A DNA stretch of 64,000 nucleotides from an uncultured Treponema sp. (GCA_964546285.1 CAZJJK010000001.1:38131-102130); one strand, 5' to 3'. Shown: positions 18,518 through 27,913, numbered from the stretch's first letter. Program-made: numbers and translations. The notes: a model not told the origin generated them from the letters alone.

Positions 18518-19714
18518 ATGCGCGACGACATAGTGGAAACCCATGACGATGAAATTAGTCTTCTCGATCTTTTCGCCATTATTTGGAAAAAGAAAGTAGT
18601 AATCATCATTTTTTCCCTTATCGCGGCTGCTGGTTCAGTCATTTACAGCTTAAGCTTGCCCAATTTGTATACCGCTAAGGCGACCGTATTGCCTATCTCC
18701 TCCTCGTCTTCCAGTAGCCTCTCTCAATACGCGGGGCTGGCTCAAATGGCTGGCATAAGTTTGCCAGGGACAAGCTCTTCTGACCCTGTCGCTAAGATTG
18801 AGGCTATACTTAGAAGCCGCAGTTTAGCTGAGCGCGTCATTGACGAGTTGGACTTGGTTCCTCTGCTTCTGGAAAAGCCAGAAAAGATAAAGGAACCAGA
18901 AACGCCTCGAGGCGCAACCTTGGAATTCTTCATGAAAGAAGTGTATTCCGTATCGGTTGACGACACCACCGGATTAATCTCGGTTAACGTAAAAACCGAA
19001 AATCCTGTTTTATCCCGCGACATCTCTAACAAGCTATTACAACTGCTGGAAACCACACTAAACGAAAAAGCCATGACAGTAAGCAAAAAAAACAGCCTTA
19101 TCCTTAATGTTCAATTAGCCGAACAAGAGGCTAAGGTTAAAGAATTACAGAAGACCTTAGCTGATTACCAAAAATCCACAAAAATGTTAACGCCGGAAGG
19201 TCAGTTGACTCAAACCATGGCTTTATACGCGTCTCTTGTCCAGACAAAAATATCGACCGAAATAGAACTATCCCGTTTAGAGAGCGCGCTTTCTGACAGT
19301 AACCCAAAAATATCCGCTTTACGTAGTCAATTAGCGGCGGTGGAAAAACAGATCGCCGCCATAGAGGGAACCGAACAAGCCAACAGCTCTTCACTATCTT
19401 TAGCCGATACGCCGGACGCCTTAATTGAGTATCAAAATATCGTGGCGGACTTAGAAATAGCTCTAAAAATATACGCTACTTTAGCCGCCACAGTCGAGAA
19501 CGCTAGACTCCAAGAAAGCGACGACCAGCTTTTCGTTGAAATTATAGACCCCGCGATCGCTCCGGAAAAAAAGTCTGAACCAAGCCGGGCTATGATCTGC
19601 GTTGTCGGTACAATGGCTGGTTTTTTCCTCGGAATATTGGTCGCCTTCATTCTTAACGCCTGGGTTAAGCTTCGTCCAGAATTGAAAAAAAAGCTATCCG
19701 AAGAAACTATTTAA
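18518..19714 (+). CDS. Polysaccharide co-polymerase / chain-length determinant (Wzz/GumC-like), without a tyrosine-kinase domain
   Basis: Starts 2 nt after the wza-like stop. N-terminal Wzz motif ISLLDLFAIIWKKKVVIIIFSLIAAAGSVIYSLSLPNLYTAKATVLP, a long coiled-coil periplasmic region and a second TM helix near the C-terminus (MICVVGTMAGFFLGILVAFIL). Confidence 0.8.
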   Translation: MRDDIVETHDDEISLLDLFAIIWKKKVVIIIFSLIAAAGSVIYSLSLPNLYTAKATVLPISSSSSSSLSQYAGLAQMAGISLPGTSSSDPVAKIEAILRSRSLAERVIDELDLVPLLLEKPEKIKEPETPRGATLEFFMKEVYSVSVDDTTGLISVNVKTENPVLSRDISNKLLQLLETTLNEKAMTVSKKNSLILNVQLAEQEAKVKELQKTLADYQKSTKMLTPEGQLTQTMALYASLVQTKISTEIELSRLESALSDSNPKISALRSQLAAVEKQIAAIEGTEQANSSSLSLADTPDALIEYQNIVADLEIALKIYATLAATVENARLQESDDQLFVEIIDPAIAPEKKSEPSRAMICVVGTMAGFFLGILVAFILNAWVKLRPELKKKLSEETI

Positions 19715-19788
19715 TAGAAGCTCAGAGATTATTGAAAGAGTTCTGATTTTTTTATCAGAGGCTTATGTCAGGCATGGTGTTCTACAAT

Positions 19789-19840
19789 TATAGAGATCCA
19801 GAGGTTCTTGCAAAAGTTGAAGACTTTTGAAAGCGCCTCT
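19789..19840. repeat. Palindromic intergenic repeat, copy C
   Basis: tatagag(atccag)aggttcttgcaaaagttgaagacttttgaaagcgcctct. By hand count, 37 of 39 core positions are identical to the copy at 63954-64000. Confidence 0.6.
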
Positions 19841-19956
19841 CCAATTTAATAATAAAACGCGACACAGTCTTTAAAGGGCCAAGCGTTTTTTATAAGATGC
19901 TTAAATGAACAGGCGATAATGAGTATGAACGAATCGCGACATCGCGTTTAATCGCT

Positions 19957-20259
19957 TTACTGTTCGTTTTCTTCCACCATTTTTGCCACAACATCTCGGA
20001 TAAAGGGATCTATGATCGCGTATATTCTTTTATTGCCTTGAACGGAAGAATCAACGACACGGTTTTCCTTGAGAACCGCTAAATGCTGACTGATAACCGG
20101 CTGACTTTGACCCAAACAAGTCCATAGATTGGTAACACAGGGTTCACCTTGACTAAAGATAAGACAGAGGAGTTTTAAGCGAACGGGATGACCGCATACT
20201 TTAAGTTTCCTTGAATATTCATTGATAATTTCATCAGCGCAGGCTTTTTGGGCGTTCAT
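19957..20259 (-). CDS. ArsR/SmtB-family transcriptional regulator
   Basis: Winged-helix core HPVRLKLLCLIFSQGEPCVTNLWTCLGQSQPVISQHLAVLKENRVV. The ORF track extends to 20409, but that extension is atypical; I prefer ATG 20259 (MNAQKAC...). The start is uncertain. Confidence 0.75.
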   Translation of the reverse strand: MNAQKACADEIINEYSRKLKVCGHPVRLKLLCLIFSQGEPCVTNLWTCLGQSQPVISQHLAVLKENRVVDSSVQGNKRIYAIIDPFIRDVVAKMVEENEQ

Positions 20260-20336
20260 ACTTGTTAGGATTACATTTATCGCTAGCATAGTCAATAGAA
20301 TTATGCTATATATAATTTTTCTTAAGGACGGATTTC

Positions 20337-21497
20337 TTGGATTCAACGGAAGATATAATAGAGCGTTGCTATTTAGATTGGGCGGCGAGCGCGCCCTACG
20401 ATGTTTCACTATTTAACTCAAACGACGCGTCACAAACCATTTTCGGTAATCCTTCTTCTCAACATAGAGAGGGACAAACGGCGAGGAAAGCCCTGGAGCG
20501 CTACCGAGAACGCTGCGCTGTCGTATTAGGCGTGCTTCCTGAGCAACTTGTTTTTACATCGGGCGGTACGGAATCCAATCATATCGTACTGGATTCACTA
20601 CTACTGCGATCAAACGCCGGACTCGCCCTTTCTCAGACAGAGCACCCGTCTATAAAAGCTAAAGCTGATATACTATCCCGCCTTGGGGTTCCCCTTTTCT
20701 GGATAAAGCCCGAGTCAACTGGAAGCGTAGCGCCTGAGCAAACGAAAAAAACGATCGCCAAACATACTTCTGTTAGGATGATCGCATGTATGGCCGTTAA
20801 CAATGAAACTGGCGCTATGACAGATATAGAAAAGGTGACCCAAGCTGTTCACGCCGCCTCGGCAACGCCTATCCATTTTCATTGCGACGCTGTCCAAGCT
20901 ATAGGTAAGCTTGCCTTTTCCTTAAACGACATTGACTCTCTTTCTATTAGCGCTCATAAATTAGGCGGGCCAAAAGGACTTGGCCTTCTCTTCCTTCGCC
21001 GTCCAATTGAAACCTTTAATAGAGGCGGCGGTCAAGAAAGAGGTATCAGACCAGGTACGGAAAACTTAATTGGCGCGTCGCTTGTCGCTACTCTGCTTGA
21101 ACGTTTTTTGGAACCCAATAAGCTTAAGCTAGACCGGCTAGCGGCTGAAGAACGTTTCTCACATCTTATATCGTTTCTTCATCGGTCTGAACGTTGCGCG
21201 TTAATACCATCGGACCGTATGGAAAGAGACGCTCGTTTCTCTCCCTTTATACTTCAATTCGCGATTCGCGGAATTCCTGGTGAGGTTCTTGTCCGAGTTT
21301 TAGACGATATGGGAATAGCCGTTTCCACCGGATCGGCTTGTTCATCGCGATCACGCAAACGTCCAGTCTTAGAGTCTATAGGCATCGATGCGACGACAGC
21401 ATTTGAGGCGATACGAGTATCTCAGGGGCGCTCTAGCGCCATGTGTGATATAGAACGTTTGATTGACGCTTTAGAAAAGATTATGAGGCGACTGTGA
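20337..21497 (+). CDS. Cysteine desulfurase (class V aminotransferase, NifS/NifZ/IscS-like)
   Basis: FTSGGTESNH, PLP-lysine region SISAHKLGGPKGLGLLFLR, GTENL and the active-site loop STGSACSS. TTG start with an AGGA upstream. The stop overlaps the thiI GTG start. Confidence 0.88.
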   Translation: MDSTEDIIERCYLDWAASAPYDVSLFNSNDASQTIFGNPSSQHREGQTARKALERYRERCAVVLGVLPEQLVFTSGGTESNHIVLDSLLLRSNAGLALSQTEHPSIKAKADILSRLGVPLFWIKPESTGSVAPEQTKKTIAKHTSVRMIACMAVNNETGAMTDIEKVTQAVHAASATPIHFHCDAVQAIGKLAFSLNDIDSLSISAHKLGGPKGLGLLFLRRPIETFNRGGGQERGIRPGTENLIGASLVATLLERFLEPNKLKLDRLAAEERFSHLISFLHRSERCALIPSDRMERDARFSPFILQFAIRGIPGEVLVRVLDDMGIAVSTGSACSSRSRKRPVLESIGIDATTAFEAIRVSQGRSSAMCDIERLIDALEKIMRRL

Positions 21498-22672
21498 CCA
21501 AATTCCTTGTTAAATATGGTGAATTGACACTTAAAAAAGGCAATCGCGCGTATTTTGAAAAACGACTCAGGGCTAATCTTCGCTGCGCTTTGCGAGGTAG
21601 CGGCGCGCTTATTGAAAGCCGTCATGATAGACTTTTCATAAATGTTGACAACGCGCGTTCTGCTTTTGTGGAAAACGTCCTAAATACTAGCTTCGGTATT
21701 TCTTCCTGGTCAAAGGTCGCTCACTGTGAGAAAACGCCAGAAGCGATTTGCGCCTTATGCGTTGAGACCGCGCGGGAACTTTCCGCCAAAGGGATTACGC
21801 GTTTTAAAATTGAGGCGCGGAGAGCCGATAAGAGTTTCCCGCTTGATTCATACGGGATTATGCGTCAAGCTGGTTCCGCCGTTGAAAGAGCTTGTCCTGA
21901 ACTGGTCGTTGATGTAAAAAATCCGGAACGGGTAATAGAAGTTGAAGTGCGTGACCGGGTTTATATCTACGGCGATGAACAGCCAGGGCAACGCGGACTT
22001 CCGTTGGGAACCGCGGGTAAAGGCGTACTTCTTCTCTCCGGCGGTATAGATTCCCCGGTTGCAGCTTATATTATGGCAAAACGCGGCCTTAAGCTTCACG
22101 CCGTTCACTTCCACGCATACCCTTACACAGCCCCAGAATCCCAAGAAAAAGTCCGCTGTCTTAGCGCGCTTCTTTCCCGTTATAATCTTGGTATGAAATT
22201 AAGCTCAATCGGCTTCGCGGAGACGCAATTACGTATTAAGCAAAACGCGAGTGAGGACTGGACAACCATTCTGATTAGAATGGCGATGCTGAGATGCGCC
22301 GAACGTGTCGCGCGGGCTTGTGGGGCCTCTTGTCTCATCACAGGTGATAGTCTCTGTCAAGTCGCGAGCCAAACAGTTGAAAACCTTGGCTGTATGGAAA
22401 CAGTGACCACTTTACCAGTATTTCGACCCCTTATCGGGATGGATAAGTTAGATACTATCGCTTTGGCCAGGCAAATTGGGTCTTATGATTTATCCGTTCT
22501 CCCCTACGCTGACTGCTGTACGCTTTTCAGCCCAACGCATCCAGTCTTAAGGGCCTCAGCTGAAGCCGCCGCGCGTTTATTTCAATCTTTAGAAATAGAA
22601 CAGCTTTTGGACAAAGCTTTTCTTGAAGCGGAAACAGAGGAATTTTGGTATCCGCCTATGACGCGCGAATGA
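21494..22672 (+). CDS. thiI: tRNA 4-thiouridine(8) synthase ThiI, short form without a rhodanese domain
   Basis: MTKFLVKYGELTLKKGNR N-terminus (ferredoxin-like/THUMP) and PP-loop LLLSGGIDSPVAAY. At 392 aa it ends before the position of the E. coli rhodanese extension. Confidence 0.9.
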   Translation: MTKFLVKYGELTLKKGNRAYFEKRLRANLRCALRGSGALIESRHDRLFINVDNARSAFVENVLNTSFGISSWSKVAHCEKTPEAICALCVETARELSAKGITRFKIEARRADKSFPLDSYGIMRQAGSAVERACPELVVDVKNPERVIEVEVRDRVYIYGDEQPGQRGLPLGTAGKGVLLLSGGIDSPVAAYIMAKRGLKLHAVHFHAYPYTAPESQEKVRCLSALLSRYNLGMKLSSIGFAETQLRIKQNASEDWTTILIRMAMLRCAERVARACGASCLITGDSLCQVASQTVENLGCMETVTTLPVFRPLIGMDKLDTIALARQIGSYDLSVLPYADCCTLFSPTHPVLRASAEAAARLFQSLEIEQLLDKAFLEAETEEFWYPPMTRE

Positions 22673-22781
22673 ATTTTTATATTTTTCTTGATATACCTAA
22701 AAAAGCCGCTCTCGTCAGAAGTGTTAATAAAATAACGCTATACTTGTGCGGCGAGAGGTTTTTAAGAAATAAATCGATATT

Positions 22782-24062
22782 TTAAGAGCACCGCATGTCT
22801 AGAATATACGCTTTTTTAGTTAATCGGTCCCGACGTTTTTCAATCCTCGCCTTCATTCTGTCCGATCCATCTACTAGACTCGCTTGTTTGTCAAGCCAGT
22901 GTAACGCTTCTTCTATCGCGTTATTTTTTTCCGATATACGGGATAGAGCCCTATAGGCCGCTAATAAGCGATTAGTCCCGTTAGACAAAGCTTTATTTGA
23001 AATTAGCTTCATCATTTCAATCTCAAGCACCTCAACGATCTTTAACCATAGCTCATAAGCGCGGCTTAAATTCCCGTTAAGCTCGGCCTCCCGAGCTAGT
23101 ATAGCGTTAGCGGTAAACGATCCTTTCCTCGCCGCTTCGCTTAACAACAATATCCGAAGTTTTTCGCTTTCCCCTGACCAGTCCGTATCATTGGTATAGG
23201 GTGTTTCAGCTCGATAACGATGATACCGCAAAGCGAGAGCCTCATTATCCACCAGGTCTTCGTTAAGCGCCGATACCGGGTCACGCGCTATATCATCCAG
23301 CTTGGCGAATAATAACGCGAGGCCCTCAATGTCGCGACGATTATGCTCCGCCGCCGCTTCTAAACGTTCTGACTGTCCCGTTCGCAGATAACTAAACCAC
23401 GCCTCTGGCGCTTCAGCGCCGCTTAAGTCGTCTCCCCTATCCAAGCGCAAAACAGATTTTTCAATAGTCGCTTGGGCGCAATTAATCAGCTTTTTCTTAA
23501 AAAGGCGTCGCGCCGGATATAAAAGATCAAGATGTCTATAAAAAACCGGCGGAAACCCATTCATAATAAAACGGCTGTTAAGGAGCTGGCAATCAAAAGA
23601 CCGGCCATTATAGCTTACAAGAACAGGAGCTTGCCCCTTGCTTTCCAATTCACACTTAATAGCGGCGAGAAATAATTGTTCTCCTGGATAATCCAGAAGC
23701 ATGTATTGACGCGCCTCTAAATATGGCTGGCCATTAATCATACAAATACGTCCAAAGGCGGCAAGAAACGCGACCGTTCCAGCGCCGCAAGAAAGACCGG
23801 TAGTCTCTAAATCAAAGAATATGAGCTCACTGGATAATAAATTACGGTATGCTTCCACATCGCCATTCAAACAAAGCCTAGCTAAACCGAAAGCCGGGGC
23901 TTTTGGGAAAACGCTGGGTAATCGCGAGTAATTAACGCGATAGGCCCACGCTTCAGCCTGTATCTCCCAGCCGTTAAGCAAAGATCCGCTATCGACTCTA
24001 GTTTTATCGCGCTCATCCTTTATCATAAGCGGCGGATATGGAGGAATTCGCCCGCCAGTCAA
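22782..24062 (-). CDS. RNase H-fold (DnaQ-like) exonuclease with C-terminal TPR-like helical domain, YprB/MrfB-like
   Basis: Exo motif LIFFDLETTGL, SYNGRSFDCQLL and HNRRDIEGL. Helical repeat C-terminus. Lies immediately downstream of the YprA-like helicase. Confidence 0.75.
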   Translation of the reverse strand: MTGGRIPPYPPLMIKDERDKTRVDSGSLLNGWEIQAEAWAYRVNYSRLPSVFPKAPAFGLARLCLNGDVEAYRNLLSSELIFFDLETTGLSCGAGTVAFLAAFGRICMINGQPYLEARQYMLLDYPGEQLFLAAIKCELESKGQAPVLVSYNGRSFDCQLLNSRFIMNGFPPVFYRHLDLLYPARRLFKKKLINCAQATIEKSVLRLDRGDDLSGAEAPEAWFSYLRTGQSERLEAAAEHNRRDIEGLALLFAKLDDIARDPVSALNEDLVDNEALALRYHRYRAETPYTNDTDWSGESEKLRILLLSEAARKGSFTANAILAREAELNGNLSRAYELWLKIVEVLEIEMMKLISNKALSNGTNRLLAAYRALSRISEKNNAIEEALHWLDKQASLVDGSDRMKARIEKRRDRLTKKAYILDMRCS

Positions 24063-24102
24063 ATGGGTAGAAGCGCGTATTCTAGCTAAGCGGTCCGATA
24101 AA

Positions 24103-26484
24103 CTAGCCGTTTTTATCGCCCTCCGCTAAAAAGACGGTCGTTCCATTATTCTTTCCAATCGCTTCCTGTAAAAAAATACGGACATCACATTTAACGTCTC
24201 CATCAATACTTGCCCCATTATAAAAGCCATCTAGAACATCCGCGCCCACACATGAAGGACAACCGGAAACACAGGGGCAAACTTCAAGCGCTTCCAGCGC
24301 CATAGCCAATAAAGCGCTCACGCGCTTTGTTAAGGCTTCTACTAAACCGGTGCCGCCAGGATACATATCATAGAGATAAAGCGTAGGACAGCTAAAATGA
24401 GGATCGCGAACCCTTTCCGCTATACCTAAATCGCGTGTGTCACAAAGAAGATAAATAGGCGCTGTTTTTCTGATAAGGTCACCCAAGGCTCTCATAGCTC
24501 GCCCTATTCGCGCTGGTTCCCAAGCCAGACTTTCAAGCTCCTTAGGCTGGCTGGAAGAAAAAAGCAAGGCCAGCATTCTAGTTTGCATTTCTTCCTCCGC
24601 CTGATTCACTTCGCCATAACCGATATTCTCATGCGTATGAAATCTGATTTTCTTAAATTTCGATGTTTGCCTTCGGACCAAAGCGTCGCCAAGTACACAT
24701 TTAAATTCCATAGCCGCCATTGATATGACGCTATCATCCGAATAAGTCAAGATAAAGCTTTCATCTTCGCTAAGCGGCTTAATATCGGTTTTAACCAACG
24801 CGTCGGTATAATAATTCACGTCCGCCTCTTCAACGATACAACGCCTATTTGAAATATCTAGCCGCTTAACAAGATATTGACGCCCCCTATGCAAATACAC
24901 CGCGTTATCAAATAATAATTCTTTGGCTGACGGCCGGTCCATTTCACCGATCACCGTATCCCTTCCTTTTGTTATATCGATAATAACAACATTATCAGAG
25001 CTGGCTGAACGCAAGCTGACGCCTTCAGCTGGATAGGAACGATCAGACCAATGCCAACGGCCGCCTGTTTTTCGCACCGTTCCGGATTCCTCAAGATAAC
25101 TCAATAGAGCCGCCGTATCTTGCCCAAATATCTCATCTTCCGCGAAGGGCAACTCAAACACGGCGCATTTTGCGTGATCGGATAGCACATATGGGTTGTC
25201 AGCGTCCAAACGCGCTTGCTCAGAGGGCTTATCAAAAAACCACTCGGGATGTCGGACTATATACTGATCCAAGGGAGCTGATGAAGCGATAAAAACCGCC
25301 GCCGATGGCCCGCCTCGGCGACCGGAACGACCCGCTTGCTGCCAAAACGAATTAAACGATCCCGGGAAACCGGCGACGACCGCGGCGTCCAAACCGCCTA
25401 TATCTATACCCAATTCTAACGCGTTTGTTGAAACAACCCCATTCACCGTACCGGCTCTTAGGCCACGCTCAATTTCCCTTCGCTCATTAGGTAAAAGCCC
25501 TCCACGGTACGCTTCTACACGTAAACGTTCATTCTCGGTATAAAGGTTTTGTACGGCTTCGTTGATATACGCCGCGATAAGCTCCGTCCTAACCCTTGAG
25601 TGCGCGAATAAAATAGTTTTTATGCCAGCTCTTAAAAAGGCGAGAGCCCAGCGCTGGCTCTCCGTTATTGTGGAACGCCTTATTCCTTGAACGGCGTCAA
25701 GCAAGGGCGGGTTATATATAACAATTTCCTTTGGGCCACGAGGCGCGCCGTTATTGTCAACCAGGACAACATCATCCTCTATTAAGGCGCGGGCTAATTC
25801 CTCTGGATTTCCTATAGTAGCGGAACAAAGAATAAAAATCGGCTTGGCGCCGTAAAAAGCGGCGACGCGCTTCAATCGACGTATCACATTAGCCACATGG
25901 CTACCAAAAACGCCCCTATAGCTGTGGGCCTCATCAATAACTATATAACGGAGAGCCGAAAAAAAGCTAATCCATTTTGGATGATTGGGTAAAACTCCGG
26001 CATGAAGCATATCGGGATTGGAAATAATGATACGCCCCTTATCACGGGCGCTCAAGCGAAGGCTTTCCGGCGTATCGCCATCATAGGTACAGACCTTAAT
26101 GGGTAAGTCGCCATCCGTAATCAATTCATTTAGTTCAGATTGTTGATCCTGAGACAGCGCTTTAGTGGGGAAAAGGTATAAAGAACGCGCTCGCGGATCT
26201 TCCAATAGTTTTTGCAATACAGGCAAGTTATAACATAAGGTTTTACCAGAAGCGGTGGGAGTCACCACGACAGTTGACCGGCCGGACCTAATCAGCCTAT
26301 ATACGGCGGCTTGATGGCTATAAAGCCGCTCAACGCCTCTTTTACGCAACGCTTCGCGTAAGCGGTCGTCTAAGCCCTCTGGAAAGGGAGAATAAACACC
26401 ATCGGTAGGGCTTACGCGACGGCGGTACGCTATATAAGGCAAAAAGGACGGGTCGTTAAAGATCTTATTTAGTGTAGAATCCAT
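24103..26484 (-). CDS. DEAD/DEAH-box helicase with C-terminal DUF1998 zinc domain, YprA/MrfA-like
   Basis: LYSHQAAV...VVVTPTASGKTLCYNLP (motif I), VIDEAHSYRG (DEAH-type motif II), QQAGRSGRRG (motif VI) and a C-terminal Cys cluster CPCVSGCPSCV. Confidence 0.88.
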   Translation of the reverse strand: MDSTLNKIFNDPSFLPYIAYRRRVSPTDGVYSPFPEGLDDRLREALRKRGVERLYSHQAAVYRLIRSGRSTVVVTPTASGKTLCYNLPVLQKLLEDPRARSLYLFPTKALSQDQQSELNELITDGDLPIKVCTYDGDTPESLRLSARDKGRIIISNPDMLHAGVLPNHPKWISFFSALRYIVIDEAHSYRGVFGSHVANVIRRLKRVAAFYGAKPIFILCSATIGNPEELARALIEDDVVLVDNNGAPRGPKEIVIYNPPLLDAVQGIRRSTITESQRWALAFLRAGIKTILFAHSRVRTELIAAYINEAVQNLYTENERLRVEAYRGGLLPNERREIERGLRAGTVNGVVSTNALELGIDIGGLDAAVVAGFPGSFNSFWQQAGRSGRRGGPSAAVFIASSAPLDQYIVRHPEWFFDKPSEQARLDADNPYVLSDHAKCAVFELPFAEDEIFGQDTAALLSYLEESGTVRKTGGRWHWSDRSYPAEGVSLRSASSDNVVIIDITKGRDTVIGEMDRPSAKELLFDNAVYLHRGRQYLVKRLDISNRRCIVEEADVNYYTDALVKTDIKPLSEDESFILTYSDDSVISMAAMEFKCVLGDALVRRQTSKFKKIRFHTHENIGYGEVNQAEEEMQTRMLALLFSSSQPKELESLAWEPARIGRAMRALGDLIRKTAPIYLLCDTRDLGIAERVRDPHFSCPTLYLYDMYPGGTGLVEALTKRVSALLAMALEALEVCPCVSGCPSCVGADVLDGFYNGASIDGDVKCDVRIFLQEAIGKNNGTTVFLAEGDKNG

Positions 26485-26538
26485 AGAACAATGATACGCG
26501 CTAACATGCCAAGCGTAAAGCGTCGCACGAAATCACGG

Positions 26539-26567
26539 TCGACAAGTTTAATCGTCCAGCCTATAAT
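26539..26567 (+). promoter_or_regulatory. Sigma70-type promoter for glgC: TCGACA-17 nt-TATAAT
   Basis: -35 tcgaca (26539-26544), 17-nt spacer, consensus -10 tataat (26562-26567), about 58 nt upstream of the glgC ATG, which has an AGGAGG RBS. Confidence 0.45.
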
Positions 26568-26625
26568 TTATACAAATTGCTTTGAAAACATAGCGGAAGG
26601 ATTAAGGCGCCAATAGGAGGAAAAT

Positions 26626-27900
26626 ATGGCGAATGTGTTGGCTATCGTGTTGGGCGGCGGAAAGGGGACGCGCCTTTATCCTCTAACAAAAGATAGAGCC
26701 AAACCGGCTGTTCCCTTCGGCGGGAAATGCCGACTCGTGGATATTCCCATATCCAATTGCATCAATTCAGAATTTAAGCAGATATACATCTTGACTCAAT
26801 TCAACTCGGCTTCTCTCCATATACATTTAGCCCACACCTATATGTTTGATTCGTTTTCAAGGGGTTTCGTTGAGATACTCGCCGCCGAGCAGAGCCTTGA
26901 ACATTCTGGTTGGTATGAGGGAACAGCTGATGCTGTACGAAAAAATTTCATTCACTTCAGAACTCAAAAACCAAGTCATTACCTGGTTCTATCTGGCGAC
27001 CAACTCTACCGTATGGACCTATTCGATATTTACAAGAAACATATTGAATGCGGCGCTGAAATTAGCATTGCGTGTACGCCGGTGAGCCGTAAGGAAACTG
27101 ACCAATTAGGCATTCTCCAAGCGAATAAGAAGGGTGAAATAGTTAATTTTCTGGAAAAACCAGGACCGACCAAAAATATAGATGATTTCCGGATTCCTCA
27201 TGAATTACGGAACACCAAACTAAGTGAGGAAAAAGAATATTTAGCCTCCATGGGTATATATCTATTCAACGCCAGCGCTATGGAAGCTTGCCTGGATAGT
27301 CAGTTCACTGATTTTGGGAAAGAGATAATTCCGGATTCCATAGGCAAGCATAAAGTAAGCGCTTATACCTACTATGGTTATTGGGAAGATATAGGGACAA
27401 TAAAGAATTTTTATGAAGCCAATTTGGACCTGACCGCCTTGAAACCCAAATTCGATTTTTATGATGAAAAGGCGCCAATCTATACCCATATGCGCAATTT
27501 GCCGCCATCAAAGATGAATTTCTCCAATATGAATCAATCTATCGCTAGTGAAGGGTGTATTATAACAAACGCGTCCATCAGCAATTCCATAGTTGGTATT
27601 CGTACCATTATAGAGTCTGGAGCCAGTTTGAACGGAGTCGTCTGTATGGGAGCGGATTATTACGAATCCGATGAGCAAAAAAAAGCGAACGCCGATCAGC
27701 GTATACCAGACATCGGCATTGGCAAAGGCACGGTCGCGAAAAAAGCGATCATTGATAAAAACGCCCGTATCGGCGATGGCTGTAGAATCGGCGTAGACGA
27801 ACTTGAACGAATGAACGGCGATTTTGGCAATTACTATATTGTTGATGGTATCATCGTCATACCCAAAAACGCGGTCCTCTATCCTGGAACGGTTATTTAG
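26626..27900 (+). CDS. glgC: Glucose-1-phosphate adenylyltransferase
   Basis: VLAIVLGGGKGTRLYPLTKDRAKPAVPFGGKCRLVDIPISNCINS, EKP motif and a left-handed beta-helix C-terminus. Confidence 0.93.
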   Translation: MANVLAIVLGGGKGTRLYPLTKDRAKPAVPFGGKCRLVDIPISNCINSEFKQIYILTQFNSASLHIHLAHTYMFDSFSRGFVEILAAEQSLEHSGWYEGTADAVRKNFIHFRTQKPSHYLVLSGDQLYRMDLFDIYKKHIECGAEISIACTPVSRKETDQLGILQANKKGEIVNFLEKPGPTKNIDDFRIPHELRNTKLSEEKEYLASMGIYLFNASAMEACLDSQFTDFGKEIIPDSIGKHKVSAYTYYGYWEDIGTIKNFYEANLDLTALKPKFDFYDEKAPIYTHMRNLPPSKMNFSNMNQSIASEGCIITNASISNSIVGIRTIIESGASLNGVVCMGADYYESDEQKKANADQRIPDIGIGKGTVAKKAIIDKNARIGDGCRIGVDELERMNGDFGNYYIVDGIIVIPKNAVLYPGTVI

Positions 27901-27913
27901 CTACTCTGTAGGG

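Noticed and set aside
19766-19831. 21-codon ORF (MSGMVFYNYRDPEVLAKVEDF) running through repeat copy C. The same frame in copy D also ends ...EVLAKVGDF-TGA
   Set aside because: Copy D has no start codon in that frame (an in-frame TAA lies 17 codons upstream of the stop). There is no RBS in copy C, so the open frame is more simply explained as coincidence within a structured repeat.
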